DNA from: Paraspadella gotoi
Taxonomy: Eukaryota; Animalia; Chaetognatha
Direction: 5' to 3'
NCBI GenBank assembly: GCA_051294375.1
Contig: CM119269.1
Span: 10,289,056 to 10,353,055, forward strand
DNA length: 64,000 nt
Numbering within the stretch: position 1 is the first letter of the stretch; the number at the start of each line of letters is the position of its first letter. A program made the translations under genes and the position numbers. Below the pieces are notes generated by a model, which saw only the letters and a list, made by a program, of their open reading frames with translations, was not told the DNA's origin and ran no database searches. Shown one piece after another: positions 21,128-35,095 of the stretch.

Positions 21128-21268
21128 GTTTATCTCTCTTTCTCTCTTCCTTTACACAAAAATATTTCCAAATTCCTATTAACGCTGATGAAGGCTTGAA
21201 ATAAAATCGAAACATGTCTGTTTTACATTAAAACAAAATCGTTGTCAAAACTTAATTCAAACTGTCTC
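20939..21268 (+). mobile_element. Short Penelope-like relic with an inverted pseudo-LTR piece
   Basis: 14-bp direct duplication TAAATATTTATTCA (20925-20938 and 21269-21282). About 38-bp inverted repeat (20980-21017 vs ~21230-21267). Internal (CT)n and a hammerhead motif. Confidence 0.7.
21181..21222 (+). ncRNA. Degenerate minimal hammerhead ribozyme
   Basis: AACG-CTGATGA-AGGCTTGAAATAAAATC-GAAA-CATGTC-TGTT. Core and stems I and III match the 11171 copy; stem II is mismatched. Confidence 0.62.
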
Positions 21269-21832
21269 TAAATATTTATTCAAATAAACTTGTGATTTCG
21301 TCAAAAAGGCTAAATTATAATTATACAGTGTGTATGTTATAACAATTCTTTTTCTTTCAAATAATCTGAAAATACTGTGCGCTTCTCTTCCTTTCCACAT
21401 AATTCTATATAATTCCATATAAAGAAGATTGATCTAATATAATATCAATTATTCTCCCCTTTATAAAGTTTATATTTTTATTTTGAAGAGTCGCATTTGT
21501 TAGATTTCAAAACTTCGGATTTTATCGAAGCAGTTCAAGGTATGTTTAGATCGTCATTAAACGTTTCATTTTTAGGATTTTGTTTTCTCGAAAAATACAC
21601 TTTCTCAGTAGATTCATATCGTATTTTTGCTTCAGCCTTATGACCCAAAATAACTTTTGGACAACCGGCATTTCGTCCACTTATGCCCTATTCGAGAACT
21701 GATTATACCCCTTGACTCTTTTTTGCGTTCGACCTTACCTTCGTAGTTCATAACTTACCCTTTCATAAGCATAAGACAAGCGTCAGGCGAGTTTCGTCCT
21801 CCGGGGTCGAAGAGAAAGAGAGATGGAGAGGA

Positions 21833-21873
<41 letters not shown>

Positions 21874-22289
21874 GAAAGAGAGAGCGCGCTTCTATATCCT
21901 TGCGTTGTCCTTTAGTCAAGTCCTTGGATCCATGTTTTAATCCGAGATGTGGCGAAAACTCATTGACGACTGAGTTAGTATTTTCTTTGTCTCCAAGTCT
22001 GCCCGAGGTTGCCGGTTTTACTAGCTTCTCTTAAATGACATTTCAAAAGAATTAACATTTTTCTTTTTTTTTTCTATTAAGTATTAACTAATTAAACAAC
22101 ATTTCAAAATGTTTTGGGCAATGTACATTGTACAATGTACAGTATAAAAACTAAAATATAACTTTACCCGCTTTACCGACGCCTTTTCTGTTCCGATTTA
22201 AAATTCAGATTCGTGGTCCTACTTCCGGTTATTCTTTTCTTAGCAGAGACTTCTTGTCACCCCATGAACCACCCTACCTCACACCCCCA

Positions 22290-22620
22290 CCTTGCTTCTC
22301 CTGAATTATCCACCTAACCCTCGCGTTTCCCAACCAATTCGTTGCCTTCCCCGTTTCCGCTCCGGCCATCGGCCTTGCGTCCATTTGCCCTCTGGTGACA
22401 TTTTCCCCCTCCGCCGATTCGCCTCTCGCTCCTCTCCCTCTTCGCTTTCGACCGGACACGATGCTGGCCGGCCAATGGGGATTTTCTTCCGACTCCTTGC
22501 GGGCCAATGAGGAACGAGCGTTGAGCCACGCGACGCGTTCGCTCGCGTTCTCGGGAACGACTGAAAGGCCAAGCCGGCAACTCGCGTGCCGCCGCCGCGG
22601 AAACCTTCTCGAGGAAATAT

Positions 22621-22655
<35 letters not shown>

Positions 22656-22930
22656 CTCTCTCTCTCCTCTCTCTCTCTCTCCTCTCTCTCTCTGCGTCAC
22701 CTGAACTTTCCTCCCTTTTCTCTTTTCTCTCTCTTCTCTCTCCTCTTCCTCCGCCGCTTTCCTTCGGTACACTCCTCCTCCTCGCCCCACCCCTCCGCCT
22801 CCTCCTCCTCCTCCTCCTCTTCTCCTTTTATAAGGAATTTCCAATGCCTTACCTGACCCTTTTGACATTGAGGCCACTTCGTTCGGACACTCGGCCGAAT
22901 CTCCTTCGCGGGAGATGAAAGGGAAAAAAA
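22290..22930. promoter_or_regulatory. GC/CpG-rich candidate promoter between the two divergent genes
   Basis: Locally GC-rich. Two GGCCAATG (CCAAT) boxes at ~22470 and ~22502, TCGCGTG motifs at 22527-22533 (-) and 22582-22588 (+), and a minus-strand donor-like CAG|GTAAG near 22852. Function is inferred. Confidence 0.4.
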
Positions 22931-23551
22931 GTCAGCCAAGTCCACGGAGATTAAACCTTTTCGCTAATAAAAGGTTTTTTCGCTCCAACTTTTCATTTAA
23001 CGGTTTTTTTTTTTTAAATTAACTGATTCCGTGTTGAAAAATGTTTACGTTCACTGTGAACATTTGACGATCGATGAATTCTCTCAAATGTACGACACGT
23101 CTTCAATTGTCCGCCCGCCCCGTCGCCATTTTTACTCTCTAATCACCCGGGATCTCTCATCACGTCGCATTCAATTCACGTGACAAAGTTCAATCTTTCA
23201 TCGTACGTTAAATATCGTCGCGGCGAGAGTAAACTACATACCCTGGACAAGAGCTATATCGCTCCAGCGGTGTCAAGTTTGCTCCTGCCGCGGCGATCAA
23301 ATTCTTCGGATCGCTCCAACCGGATTTGTTTGGCGGAATTAAAAGAGGAGTCCCCGTAATTTGTGTTGCTCGTTCGAGTAATGTTAGCGACTATTGTATA
23401 ACTTATTACGTAAAAGCAGTTCTTAATCAGCTGGCGAGAGCCGAGAGATGAGTCCACGCCTTAACGTAATATCCAAAATAAAATAAAAGGCAACTTCCGC
23501 ATCGATGATGATTAATACGCTTATCGATGCGCGACGAGACCACTTCCTTTT

Positions 23552-23586
<35 letters not shown>

Positions 23587-25354
23587 GTTCTCTCTCTCTC
23601 GTCTCTCTCTCTTCCCCTCTATTTTCTCCTGGCCTTGTCCATCGCCCTCATTTATGTAAGTCATTTTCCCATGACCAAAAAGAGTTGTTTTTTTCTACAT
23701 AAGGCACAAATTTGGCTTAAATTCAGTCTCGATTGTCTCTCGATTATTATTTTGTAAATTAAAATTTTGAAAATTAATTATCCTTGTCAACCCTATGATT
23801 TTTATAGACTTCCTTTAAAAATATCTTAGTAGCAATCTGATAAGAAGACAAATAAAAAAAAACACGGAATTTCATAAAAGTTACTACTTTATTCGAATAA
23901 TTGAGAATAGTACTTGTGAAAGTTGTCCAATGTCCATGTCTAAGATAGAAAGCAGGGTTTCAGTTTCTTAAAAAAGTATTTTTTGGTCTGCTGCTGCCGG
24001 CTTTAGCTTATATCTGTTTTAATGCTTTTATGCTTTTATGCTCAATTTTTAATTGTTTTCTCACTAGTCGAAGTCGAATCCATCGACCGGAATTTTGCGA
24101 AGCGAGTTGAAAAACAAAAGTACATCGTCGAAGAAATCTAGGGCTAATAGTAATACCAATACTTATAAATAAATGATAAATGATAAATAATAAATCCCTG
24201 CCTACTTACTTAAATGCTAATACTAATATATTGGTTTTACCAATTCGCCGGATGACGAGGGACGAAAAATAGATTAAAACCATGATGCTTCTGCGTTTTA
24301 ATTAATTCGTCTCACTGACACATCATCTGGTCACTGAAGTTCTGTATTTGTTGGATTAAAAGGCACGCACTGATACAGCATAGATCAAGCTTGACAAATG
24401 TCAGTGGATTAAAGACAGTTATCATATACGTGTATAATAACCTGCCAAAATTTATCACTTTCTTTACTTTATATACTTAATCGATATTTTCTATCACATA
24501 GTGAAACAAAGTTTAACATTGAAGTCTTTAAATATTTATCAATGCATAAGCAAGAAAAAAAATTTTGAAATTTCTTTTTTAAAGAACGGATTCAGATAGT
24601 TCATAAAAAAGTATAATTTGTTTTTCACTATTTCGATGATAAGTGGGTTAAATTAGGGAAACTCTCAATTCGCTACAATCATTCCGTAATTCTTAAATTT
24701 TGAATCGTTTAATTATATAATTTGTTTAATTTTTTAAGCTATATCAGCAAATTCCAAATTAGCTTGTTGGGGCTGTTCTGATCTCCGAGAACCTAATATA
24801 AAAGTGGTTAAGATACGCGTAACTATAATTAATTAAAATGAATTTTATATATTTTCATTATAATAAGGTTCCAGGCATTCTCCAAAAAGTATGTGTCGAA
24901 CTCTAACATCAAGTAAGCATATAACACGAAGTACGATTTTAAATCGAAATAAAATAGAGTAAAGGAAAGCTCATTAGCTTCAATATCAATCTTTTTCGTA
25001 GTATAGTGTAGTATACTTTAACCTAGTTTAGGGCCAAAAAATAAATGCACTTCACTCAACTTTTCAGCAGAAAACATTGAACTTTCGATAGGACAAAAAT
25101 CCGACAATCGACACATTACATAACAATCGTCAAAATAAACGTTCAAGCTAGTGACTATTAAAACTAAGACTAGCTAAATCATTAGTAGAGAGAAATTTAC
25201 TCTCGTCGATGTTCCCGACCAATCTTTTGGAATATAACGTGATAAATTAACAAAATAAAACGAAAAAAAAAAAATTCAGCGTAAAACTAAAAGTATTGCA
25301 TATTTTACAAGGATTTACCTCTCAGCTTCCTCAACAGTGGTGCACAGTCATGGA

Positions 25355-25690
25355 GCTCTACTTTCTGAGCCCCGCCCCCTCCCCCGTTTCCGCCTCCCTG
25401 CTCCGCCCTCTTCTCCCCGACTCCCCACAATCCCATTTCCCTAATTCGCGACGCGGGGGCAGAGGTGGGCGAGCCGAGAATTTACTTTCGACCCCATGAA
25501 CGCCATGATGTCCATTGACGTCACGTTGAGCCGGCATCCTCCTTTTCTGAAGTCGGCATCGCCTCCTTCTTCTTCTCCTCTTCCTCCTCCCTTCTTCCTC
25601 CACTTCTTCCGCCTCCATCTCGAATGCTCGTCGATCTGACATTCCGGTTTCCTACCCCCCAACGCCCCCCCCATTTTCCCCTGAAAATCT
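25355..25690. promoter_or_regulatory. Second GC-rich candidate promoter/enhancer island upstream of AHR
   Basis: GC boxes (CCCCGCCCC, CTCCGCCC), a TGACGTCA CRE palindrome at ~25516-25523 and TTCCGG ETS-like sites in an AT-rich background. Confidence 0.35.
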
Positions 25691-26434
25691 TTCTCCTTCC
25701 TCGTTCACTCCTTTTGTTTTTTCCTTTCTAACTCCTTCCCTTTTTTTTCCCTTCCTCATCACTTTCTTCCTCCTTTGCACACTTATTTCTCTCTCATTGA
25801 TTTTGTCCCCAAAATTCGGTCGTTGAGGTATAATAGATTTCTATTGCCTACTATTTTTAGAACTAAAAGTGCTTTCTTTTAATTTTTAAAATATTTTTGT
25901 TTATCTAATTCCTTTCATTTGCAATTCTTAATTTACCATTGACAATTCTCACTTCAAGTTTTTAAGCTTCGTTATGTTATGTTATTTTTCCTTAATAATT
26001 TCTACATATATGCTTTCTGAAATATTTATAATTTCCCCCTTGCTTAAGTAGTATATTTCTAAAAAAATTATAGTTATTTTTTTTCTCTTTTCATGGGTGC
26101 TTTCTTTTAGTTTTACTTATGATTTATTTTTTTCGCGAAAATTGAATAAAAATATATGAATTTTGAACTCGAAGTTAAACGATATGAAACTTAATTTAAC
26201 ATTTTAAATGACATTGGCTAAGATCGTGTTATCCCGAGCTTAAAACGTAACAATATTGTTTATATTACATTTTACATTGTTTACATATTACATAATGATA
26301 ATACATAATACATACTTTCTACATTCCCGATCAATTTTCAAAACGGAATTGCAAAATCGTTTATGGTTATACTCCTCCCTCTTGGAATACCGATCACCTC
26401 TTCTCCTCTTCTCCTCTCCAACTTTCCCTCATTC

Positions 26435-26518
26435 ACTCCCTCACTCCCTCACTCCCTCACTCCCTCACTCCCTCACTCCCTCACTCCCTCACTCCCTCAC
26501 TCCCTCACTCCCTCACTC
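26435..26518 (+). repeat. (CACTCCCT)n 8-bp tandem repeat
   Basis: About 10 perfect copies seen directly. Confidence 0.9.
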
Positions 26519-27699
26519 CTTTCATCTTTTCTGTCGTCTTTAACTCAATTATCTCTTTCCTCTTCATCGAATAAACGAAGCACAAGTCCGATTATGCGGC
26601 GATTTAAAGATTCGTAGTATTCAATAATATGGCAGTCTTAACCATGCATAACTATTCATTATAAATATAAAACAGCATCCATACATCCTGAGAATATTAT
26701 AAGTGATTAAACGGCAAGCCTAATCCTGCTCCGGTGAGACGGTGATTAAAAAAAATGGAGGGAAAAAAAGTTGAAAATTGAATATTGAAAATTAATTGTA
26801 AAAAATAAAATATTGTTTATTCCCCCGAGGTTGTCGAGATTCTTGCGGAAATATGGAGATGAGTTGGCAAAACCAAAGAAAATAAAAATGGGGAAAAAAA
26901 GGCTGAGATGTGTTTCGAGTCCTATTGATTGATTTTGACAATATGTACAATTGTACATGTATTTATTAAACAATACATGCATGTACTACTTCAAAACCCT
27001 GATCTGAATAGCGTCAATTAAAGAATAAAACTTAGGAAAATTTTGAAACCGAATCAGCGATGAAAAAAAAAAATTAAATCAAAGTTTCATCAATTTCATA
27101 AAAATTCCTTTTGTTGCCAAACATCATCTTCACAAGCTTTCAAATACCAATAAATACACCCTACGTTAATATTATCCTCTTAAATGGAAAGCCTCGAAAC
27201 AGATTTTGTGGAGTTGTTGGAGTTTTTTTACCCGCTTAATGGTACTGCATTGTATATCAACTGTTAGCCGCTTTTTATAAAAAGTTGCCCTGCGTTGGAA
27301 AAATGCTTGGATATATTATTTAATTTCGATCCTTACTAAAACAACAATAACATCAACAACAACCGCGAACTGGAGTGTTATATGAATAGCGGGTCGATTC
27401 TCGATTGCTCGTCCAAATTGAAAACCTGTTTTTTTTTCCTTTTTCAGTCGCGTAATTATTTTCGTGAAAAGAGAAAGAAATAAAAAGTTTATTCTGAACC
27501 TTCATGATTTTTCCTCGTAGCCGATTTTCCTTTTAATCTTTCGAAAACAATGAAATCTGGTAAAAAACTGCGTTGAATTCGAATTCATTAAACTCAAGAT
27601 AAAATCTTGATGCGAATTTGATGAGCATAGATGAAGTTTGGGATTACTTTTCAAATCAATCAGAAACAGTAAAGCAAAGGAAGGGATAAAGAGTATACA

Positions 27700-27754
<55 letters not shown>

Positions 27755-29145
27755 AGAGAGAGAAGAGAGAGAGAGAGGTAAGCCAGTCTCATCTGTAAGA
27801 CAAGTCGTCCAAATATGGAAAAAGGGATCATCTTCATTATGTCGTATTTTCTTTCTTCGACGTCCTTGCTAAAAAAATTAATCCCTGACCAATCAAAAGG
27901 GTGAAATTTTAACGAGGGACTATCAAGAGGAGGATAGCTATTCTTTGAAGTCACTATGTTGGACAATATTTCGAATTATTCATAAAAAAAATAGTTGCCT
28001 TCCCTTACCCGACCAATGAGGATNNNNNNNNNNNNNNNNNNNNNNNNNNNNNNNNNNNNNNNNNNNNNNNNNNNNNNNNNNNNNNNNNNNNNNNNNNNNN
28101 NNNNNNNNNNNNNNNNNNNNNNNNNNNNNNNNNNNNNNNNNNNNNNNNNNNNNNNNNNNNNNNNNNNNNNNNNNNNNNNNNNNNNNNNNNNNNNNNNNNN
28201 NNNNNNNNNNNNNNNNNNNNNNNNNNNNNNNNNNNNNNNNNNNNNNNNNNNNNNNNNNNNNNNNNNNNNNNNNNNNNNNNNNNNNNNNNNNNNNNNNNNN
28301 NNNNNNNNNNNNNNNNNNNNNNNNNNNNNNNNNNNNNNNNNNNNNNNNNNNNNNNNNNNNNNNNNNNNNNNNNNNNNNNNNNNNNNNNNNNNNNNNNNNN
28401 NNNTTTTTTCCATCCATCGTCCTTTTCCTTGATATTCAAAGGACATACAACGCCATGCGAGAAAAAACTACAGAGGAACATGCAAATGAAGAGACGGTTC
28501 CCCCGAAACACGCCTCCAGTCATCACACTCATACACCAGTTTTACCGAAATCGTTTCGTGTTTCGTATAAAAAACATACGACTCGTTTTTTTCTGATATT
28601 TTTTTTCTTTTCAAAAACGTTGTTAACGGTCGTCGCGCGTGATTTAGCCTTTTTTTTTTGCTTCCGTTTGTTGACTTGGCGATATAGAGGACGCTGGGGA
28701 ATCGAAAAGCCACGATTCGGCGACATTGCTTTTTTGACTAATAAATACAAAAAATTTAATGTTTTCATAGCTTTCAATGCTTTATCCTTCATTTCCCCCC
28801 CCCCAAAAGGAACCGGAAGACAACTTCTCGGCTCCGCTCCGACGCCCGAATCAAAAAATGAAGGAGACGACGTCGACGAACGTTTCCGGTCGAAATATTT
28901 TGTAACCAAACGAAATAAAAATAAAGAAAGGATCGAAACCCGACGCGACGACGAAGTGGACGTTCGTCAATTAGCCTCTTCCACTTTTACATCAAAATGC
29001 GTTGACGGGCCAATTCTTTTTCCAAGTTAATCACCGAATAGCCTTATTTATTCTTATCTCCTGTATATACATCGCCTTATATATCTCGCGATTACGTATC
29101 GCTCTTTCGTCTGTACATAAATCGCTTTAATTCACCGCCGTCGCC

Positions 29146-29363
29146 ATGACAACCGCCACGACCCTCTACATCCAGACTCAACCGCACGTGGTCGATCACG
29201 GCGCCGCCAGCGCCGCCGCCGTCGCTGCCGGAACGCCCTTGGCCGTCGCCGCGCCACAAATCGCCGCCAACGTGGCGGCCAGCGTGGCGGGGGTGACCGT
29301 AGCTACTCCCGCCGGCGCCGCCGCCATGTACGCGACGAAGAGACGTCGGAGAAACGTGAAGAG
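29146..29363 (+). CDS. AHR: Aryl hydrocarbon receptor/spineless homolog, coding exon 1 (Ala-rich N-terminus and MYATKRRRRN basic motif)
   Basis: ATG in gccgtcgccATG context. Translates MTTATTLYIQ...AAAMYATKRRRRNVK. MYATKRRRRN matches the N-terminus of insect Spineless and resembles nematode AHR-1. Donor AG|gtaatg, phase 2, is compatible with the next exon. Confidence 0.9.
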
Positions 29364-30195
29364 GTAATGATTTTTTTTTGTGGGAATGACGAGGTTCGTG
29401 TTTTGTCACGTGAACTGCGATCGTGAACCGGATTTAGCTATTATGATTATCGTAGTTTCTTCACTAAAATCTCCTCGATTTGTTTCTCTCACCCTCTGAA
29501 AACTTCTACACAAGACTAAGATTTGCTCAAGATTACTTTTTCGGACGCAATAAATCCGGTTTTCTTTTTAACTTTTAAAGAGTTTTTGGTGACAGAAGTG
29601 AGAATAAAAAAATTGAACCCTCTTTACTGTACCTGTGGCTTTTCTTTGGCAGATTGAAACCGTCTTTTTCTTCTAATACATTTTTTAAAGTATTTTTTTT
29701 TGGTCGTAAGGGCAGATAAATAAAATGTTGATAGTTGACGAGATTCGACAAATAACAATAAAGAGTGATTCTCTCTAAAAAATATACCATTAGTGACGGC
29801 ATAAAAATTGAATGTATTACGATAGATTAAAATTTTCGCTATTCTGGAAAAAAATAATGTTAATTTAAAAAAATCTGGTTTTGCTCTGAGAAATTTAGTC
29901 TGCGTGGAAATGCTAGCCGCTTTCTGCGTGGAAATGCTTGCCACTTTCTGCCACGGTTGTAAGCAGGGGCGAAAAAAAAATGAGAAAAGACCAAACTGGT
30001 TTTCAAACCGGCGAAGGTTCAACATGAATAGTTTTTCCACACAAAATAAAAAGGGTCGCGACATGAAATGACATGGATTTACATGACATGAAAACCGGGT
30101 CCACGGGATCTCTCTCTCTCTCTCTCTCTCGTTTTATCTCTCTCATTTCTAGATTGCGTGCATCTAAAAAATAAGCGAAAATCTCACACGACACC

Positions 30196-30321
<126 letters not shown>

Positions 30322-31329
30322 TATTTTACTGGATCAAGAAGTCAACCACGTGTATTCTGTGAAATGTGAATTATTCACACCCAAAAAAAATTAAAGAAAC
30401 CTTACGATCTCCATGATGAAATTACTACTTTCTAACTAATTTCCCAGTTCATGCCGCCAATACATAAAAGGTGGCACGATATACTTTAAAAGGTTGATGA
30501 CTCGATGCTAAAAGCGTAATCGGTCTTGCACGAAGGTGAGGGACTATGAGGGTAAGTCGCCCTCGTTACTACGGTAGATCGAACAACTTTGATGAACTTA
30601 GCCCATGACTTTTCCAACTACAGCATTACGCTGCAGCATAATTCGGTGAAACGCTCTCGAGTTAGTCCATTTCTCGTCCAATATTCTTTCTCAAATTTTT
30701 ACCTCGAAAAAAAATTTCCTCTCCGGTCGTTTTGTTCTTTTGTCGGAGATGACGCTTCCTTTTCTTTTGTCTAGTGACTAACTCTCGATCTTTTTATTTG
30801 ATTCTTCTTTCATCCCCGTCGTCGTCTTCTTCGTCATCGTCGTCCTCGATATTCACATCGTTATCGTCATCTCTCGAGCTTTTCGTCATCGTAGTCGTCA
30901 TCGGCGTCTTCTCATTTCGGACCGATGCCCTTTTTTTTTTCTCAAGGTATTCTCTCTTTTCTACCCTCTTCTCTTTCAATTATCTTTCCATCCCAAAATT
31001 CGACGCGATCTTAATCAGAAAGAAAAAAACTTTCTCGTCGGGTTGATCAGGTTACATCCGGGATTTTTTACGTCCGCGAATTGCATACGGACTTGCTCGG
31101 ATCTTGATGAGCAAGCCTTTGGCCCGCTTTGGCCCCTGGCTGGACAGAAAGGGAAGGTCTATTCATTAAGGCGATCGATGTCAGTTTAGAGGAAAATTTC
31201 AGCGGAAAATTGTATCAACGCACTGTATATCTTCTTCATTGACAAGTAAAACGTTATTACGATTGTATAGAATCACTTTATTGGCATCATGGCTAAATCT
31301 ATACTTAATTCCCATTTATGCAGACATCC

Positions 31330-31436
<107 letters not shown>

Positions 31437-31722
31437 GTTTTCAGTCTCATCCTCTCATCAAATTATCCGTCTCTCGTCCTTCCGCCATTCTCTACCTCTT
31501 CCCACTAACATCCTCTTCCCCCTGCCATTGAAAAACCACGCGGCCCGTCCTCCTCCTCCTTCCCCCGGAGAGAGCGGTTTCCCTTGGCAACGGAATTCTG
31601 CCGACCGAGCGAGAATCTCTCCCCGCTGCTCTCCTCGGCGGACAAGGAGCGCCGATGCGGCGGCCGCCGCGGCGTCGGAAGCATTGGCGGCTGCGGCAGC
31701 ATCGCGCTGTCCCTCCCCCTTC

Positions 31723-31762
<40 letters not shown>

Positions 31763-32560
31763 CTCCTTAGATTCTATGGGAAAGAGAATCGATGCGATTT
31801 TGGAACATATGCGTCAGGAGGAGAAGGCTGAGAGGGGGCAGTCGGGAGGCTCGAAAAGAAGATGTTTGGGGTGGGGAAAGACAGAGTGCAAACGAACATA
31901 CTTTAATAAGAGCTAAGAGTGAGTAAAGACTTGGCGGAAAATATTAAAATTTGAGCGAAGGAGAGAAAAAGGAGAAAGAGAGAAAGAGAGACAGAGCGGC
32001 TGAGATCGAAAGAGAAAATGTCGCTCGCTTTCATCGGAGATGACTTGGCCTTCGTTCCGCTTTACCTGGCCAAAGAAGTAGGGCATGGGTCGTGGGTAAG
32101 GCTGACTCAAAAAAGGGTGGATTTAGGAGGTTGTGGGGTTCTGTCGGCGGAGGAGGCTTCGATGTAAGCGGTGGTGGCGGTGGCGACGGTTGCGGCAGCG
32201 GTGGTAGGGATGATGGGTGGCGCCGACGGCGGAGTGGGTGAGCTTCTTCTCCTCTGCGACTTTTAAGTGGATGAATACGACGAGGACAACGATAAAGTGA
32301 CCATTGACCAACGGTCACTAAGACCACAAGCACGTTAAACACGAGGAGAACTGTTCATACTGAATACACTTTATGATAGAGAAGTTTAACAGCAACGAAA
32401 TTATTTCGACTCCATACATTCTTCAATGTCAAACAGCGGACAAGGTGAACGAGTACCGACGATGACGAAGATGACGAAAACGACGACGACGACGACGACG
32501 ACAATCGAAGATGCGCTTCTCGAGATCTCAATACGGCCGCTTTTTTTTCCACGGGGATTC

Positions 32561-32668
<108 letters not shown>

Positions 32669-32859
32669 AGGAATGGACTGGGGGAGATCGGGGGATGGAG
32701 TTGATTTGAGAATAAAAAGGGAGAAAAAAAATCGCGCCGTTGTGGATTTTTATAATTGACATTGTATATATATTTCCTTTCTTTTTCGTTGAGTTTGAGA
32801 TTAAGAGGAAGAGGCTTTTGATAAGTACAGATATAAAAAAAATGTTACTTAACTAATAA

Positions 32860-33192
<333 letters not shown>

Positions 33193-33534
33193 TAAAACTC
33201 GTTCGATGTTAATTAAAACTCATAAAAATAGTTCAAGAAAAGAATTTGAAACTGTCAACTTACATAGGAAAGGGAACCAAAAATAGTTCTTATTGTTTTT
33301 TTGTTTTTTTTAGATTTTAAACTTAAGTAAACTTTGCTTCCCTCTGTGGTCGTTCAAAGGTTCAATGTCATTTTTTATGACAAATTTAGTCATGAATCTT
33401 TTACGTAATTTAGTTTGTTTTTTTCCTTATTAAATTCATTTTCGATATTTCGTTCTCGTTTTTCCACACTTCATTCCAAACAGCGTCTTTGTCATTTGTA
33501 CCAATATTTCTAGTTTTTATTTTATTCCCCTAAG

Positions 33535-33613
33535 AACATCCTGACGAAGTTGGATCGCCTCTCCATTCTCCGATTGGCCGTCGCTTACCTCCGCTGCAAG
33601 GCCCACTTTCAGG
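33535..33613 (+). CDS. AHR: AHR/spineless exon 3 (loop and helix 2 of bHLH)
   Basis: Acceptor cccctaag|, donor G|gtaagt. Encodes NILTKLDRLSILRLAVAYLRCKAHFQ. Confidence 0.97.
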
Positions 33614-33659
33614 GTAAGTCCGCCGCGTGGTAGGGGTTCAGTTGTATAATCTCTTTCTA

Positions 33660-33752
<93 letters not shown>

Positions 33753-34446
33753 CAGCTCGGAAACTCGCAGCATCAATAAAACGAAAAATAAAAGGATTTT
33801 TGGGGTTCTGCACTAAAAATTCAAGAGGATTAGACCGAAAGAGAGAGAGAGAATCAATTTTTATTTCGAATAAAAAAGTAGCCATCCTTTTTTTTCTTTT
33901 TTTATCGCTCGTCAACCAATAGGAATCCTTTTCGAACGCGTTTCGACCAATGAGCGTTCACCTATGGAGGAGGTTTTAATGTTTTTTTATCTTGAAAAGT
34001 TGCTTTGTTCTAGAAACGAGTGAGGGAGCCAATGATGGCGAATTAATGACGAAAAGCCGGAAAAAAGGCAGACTGTGGAAATAATATTGAGAACGAAATT
34101 ATTAATGGTTAGCTCTAGGTTTTGATAATATTTTTTTTCTTGTTTCTGTCGTCAATGACGTAATCAGCGTCGTTTTCCATCGTCATCTTCTTTGCGGTAA
34201 TTTTAACCGCAGCTCGCGTCGTGTTCTTCGTTTTCGTCATCTTCGTCATCATCTTCCTGTATATCGACAGATCATATTCATCGTCTTTGTCGTCATCGTT
34301 AATTCGTTATCTTTGTCGTCATCGTCGTTATCGTCGTCGTCATCGAGCTCATCTTTGCCGCCTCCAACGGGGTGATTCTCGAAGCAACGACTTTGCAAAA
34401 AAAAACTCTAAATCCAGAAATTAAAAAAAAGTCCCGTCAGAACAAC

Positions 34447-34577
<131 letters not shown>

Positions 34578-35062
34578 ACTCTGTCTCTATCCTTTTCCCC
34601 CTGAAGAGAGAGAACAAGGAGGTGGAAGTCTCCTCTCCAAAGGCAACGACTCTTTCTTTCGCCGGAAGGTTTAATGACGATAATTACGGCGAATCCGCGA
34701 CGACGACGACGACGACGACGACGTCGATCGCGATGGGATTCACATCGAAGTCGATGTGACAACAAGTGGCTTTGNNNNNNNNNNTTATTTCCGCTTCCAA
34801 AAATATATCGTCTCTTTTGACGATTTCGCCCGGAAGATTTGAAAAACGGCGCGAACTCGAGAGAAAGAGAAATTGCTCGCGGGCGTCAGGTTTGTCGGAA
34901 TCACTGTCGCGAGCGAAAGCGGAAAGCGAAAATTAACAATATTCAGAACAAAATGGACAACGCCAAGAACGGCAAGAGACATAATCACTAGAAGAAGCGA
35001 AGTTAATGAAACTGACAAGATTGCATGCTTCACGTCGCTCAGAAAACGCGTTTTCTTGGAAA

Positions 35063-35095
<33 letters not shown>

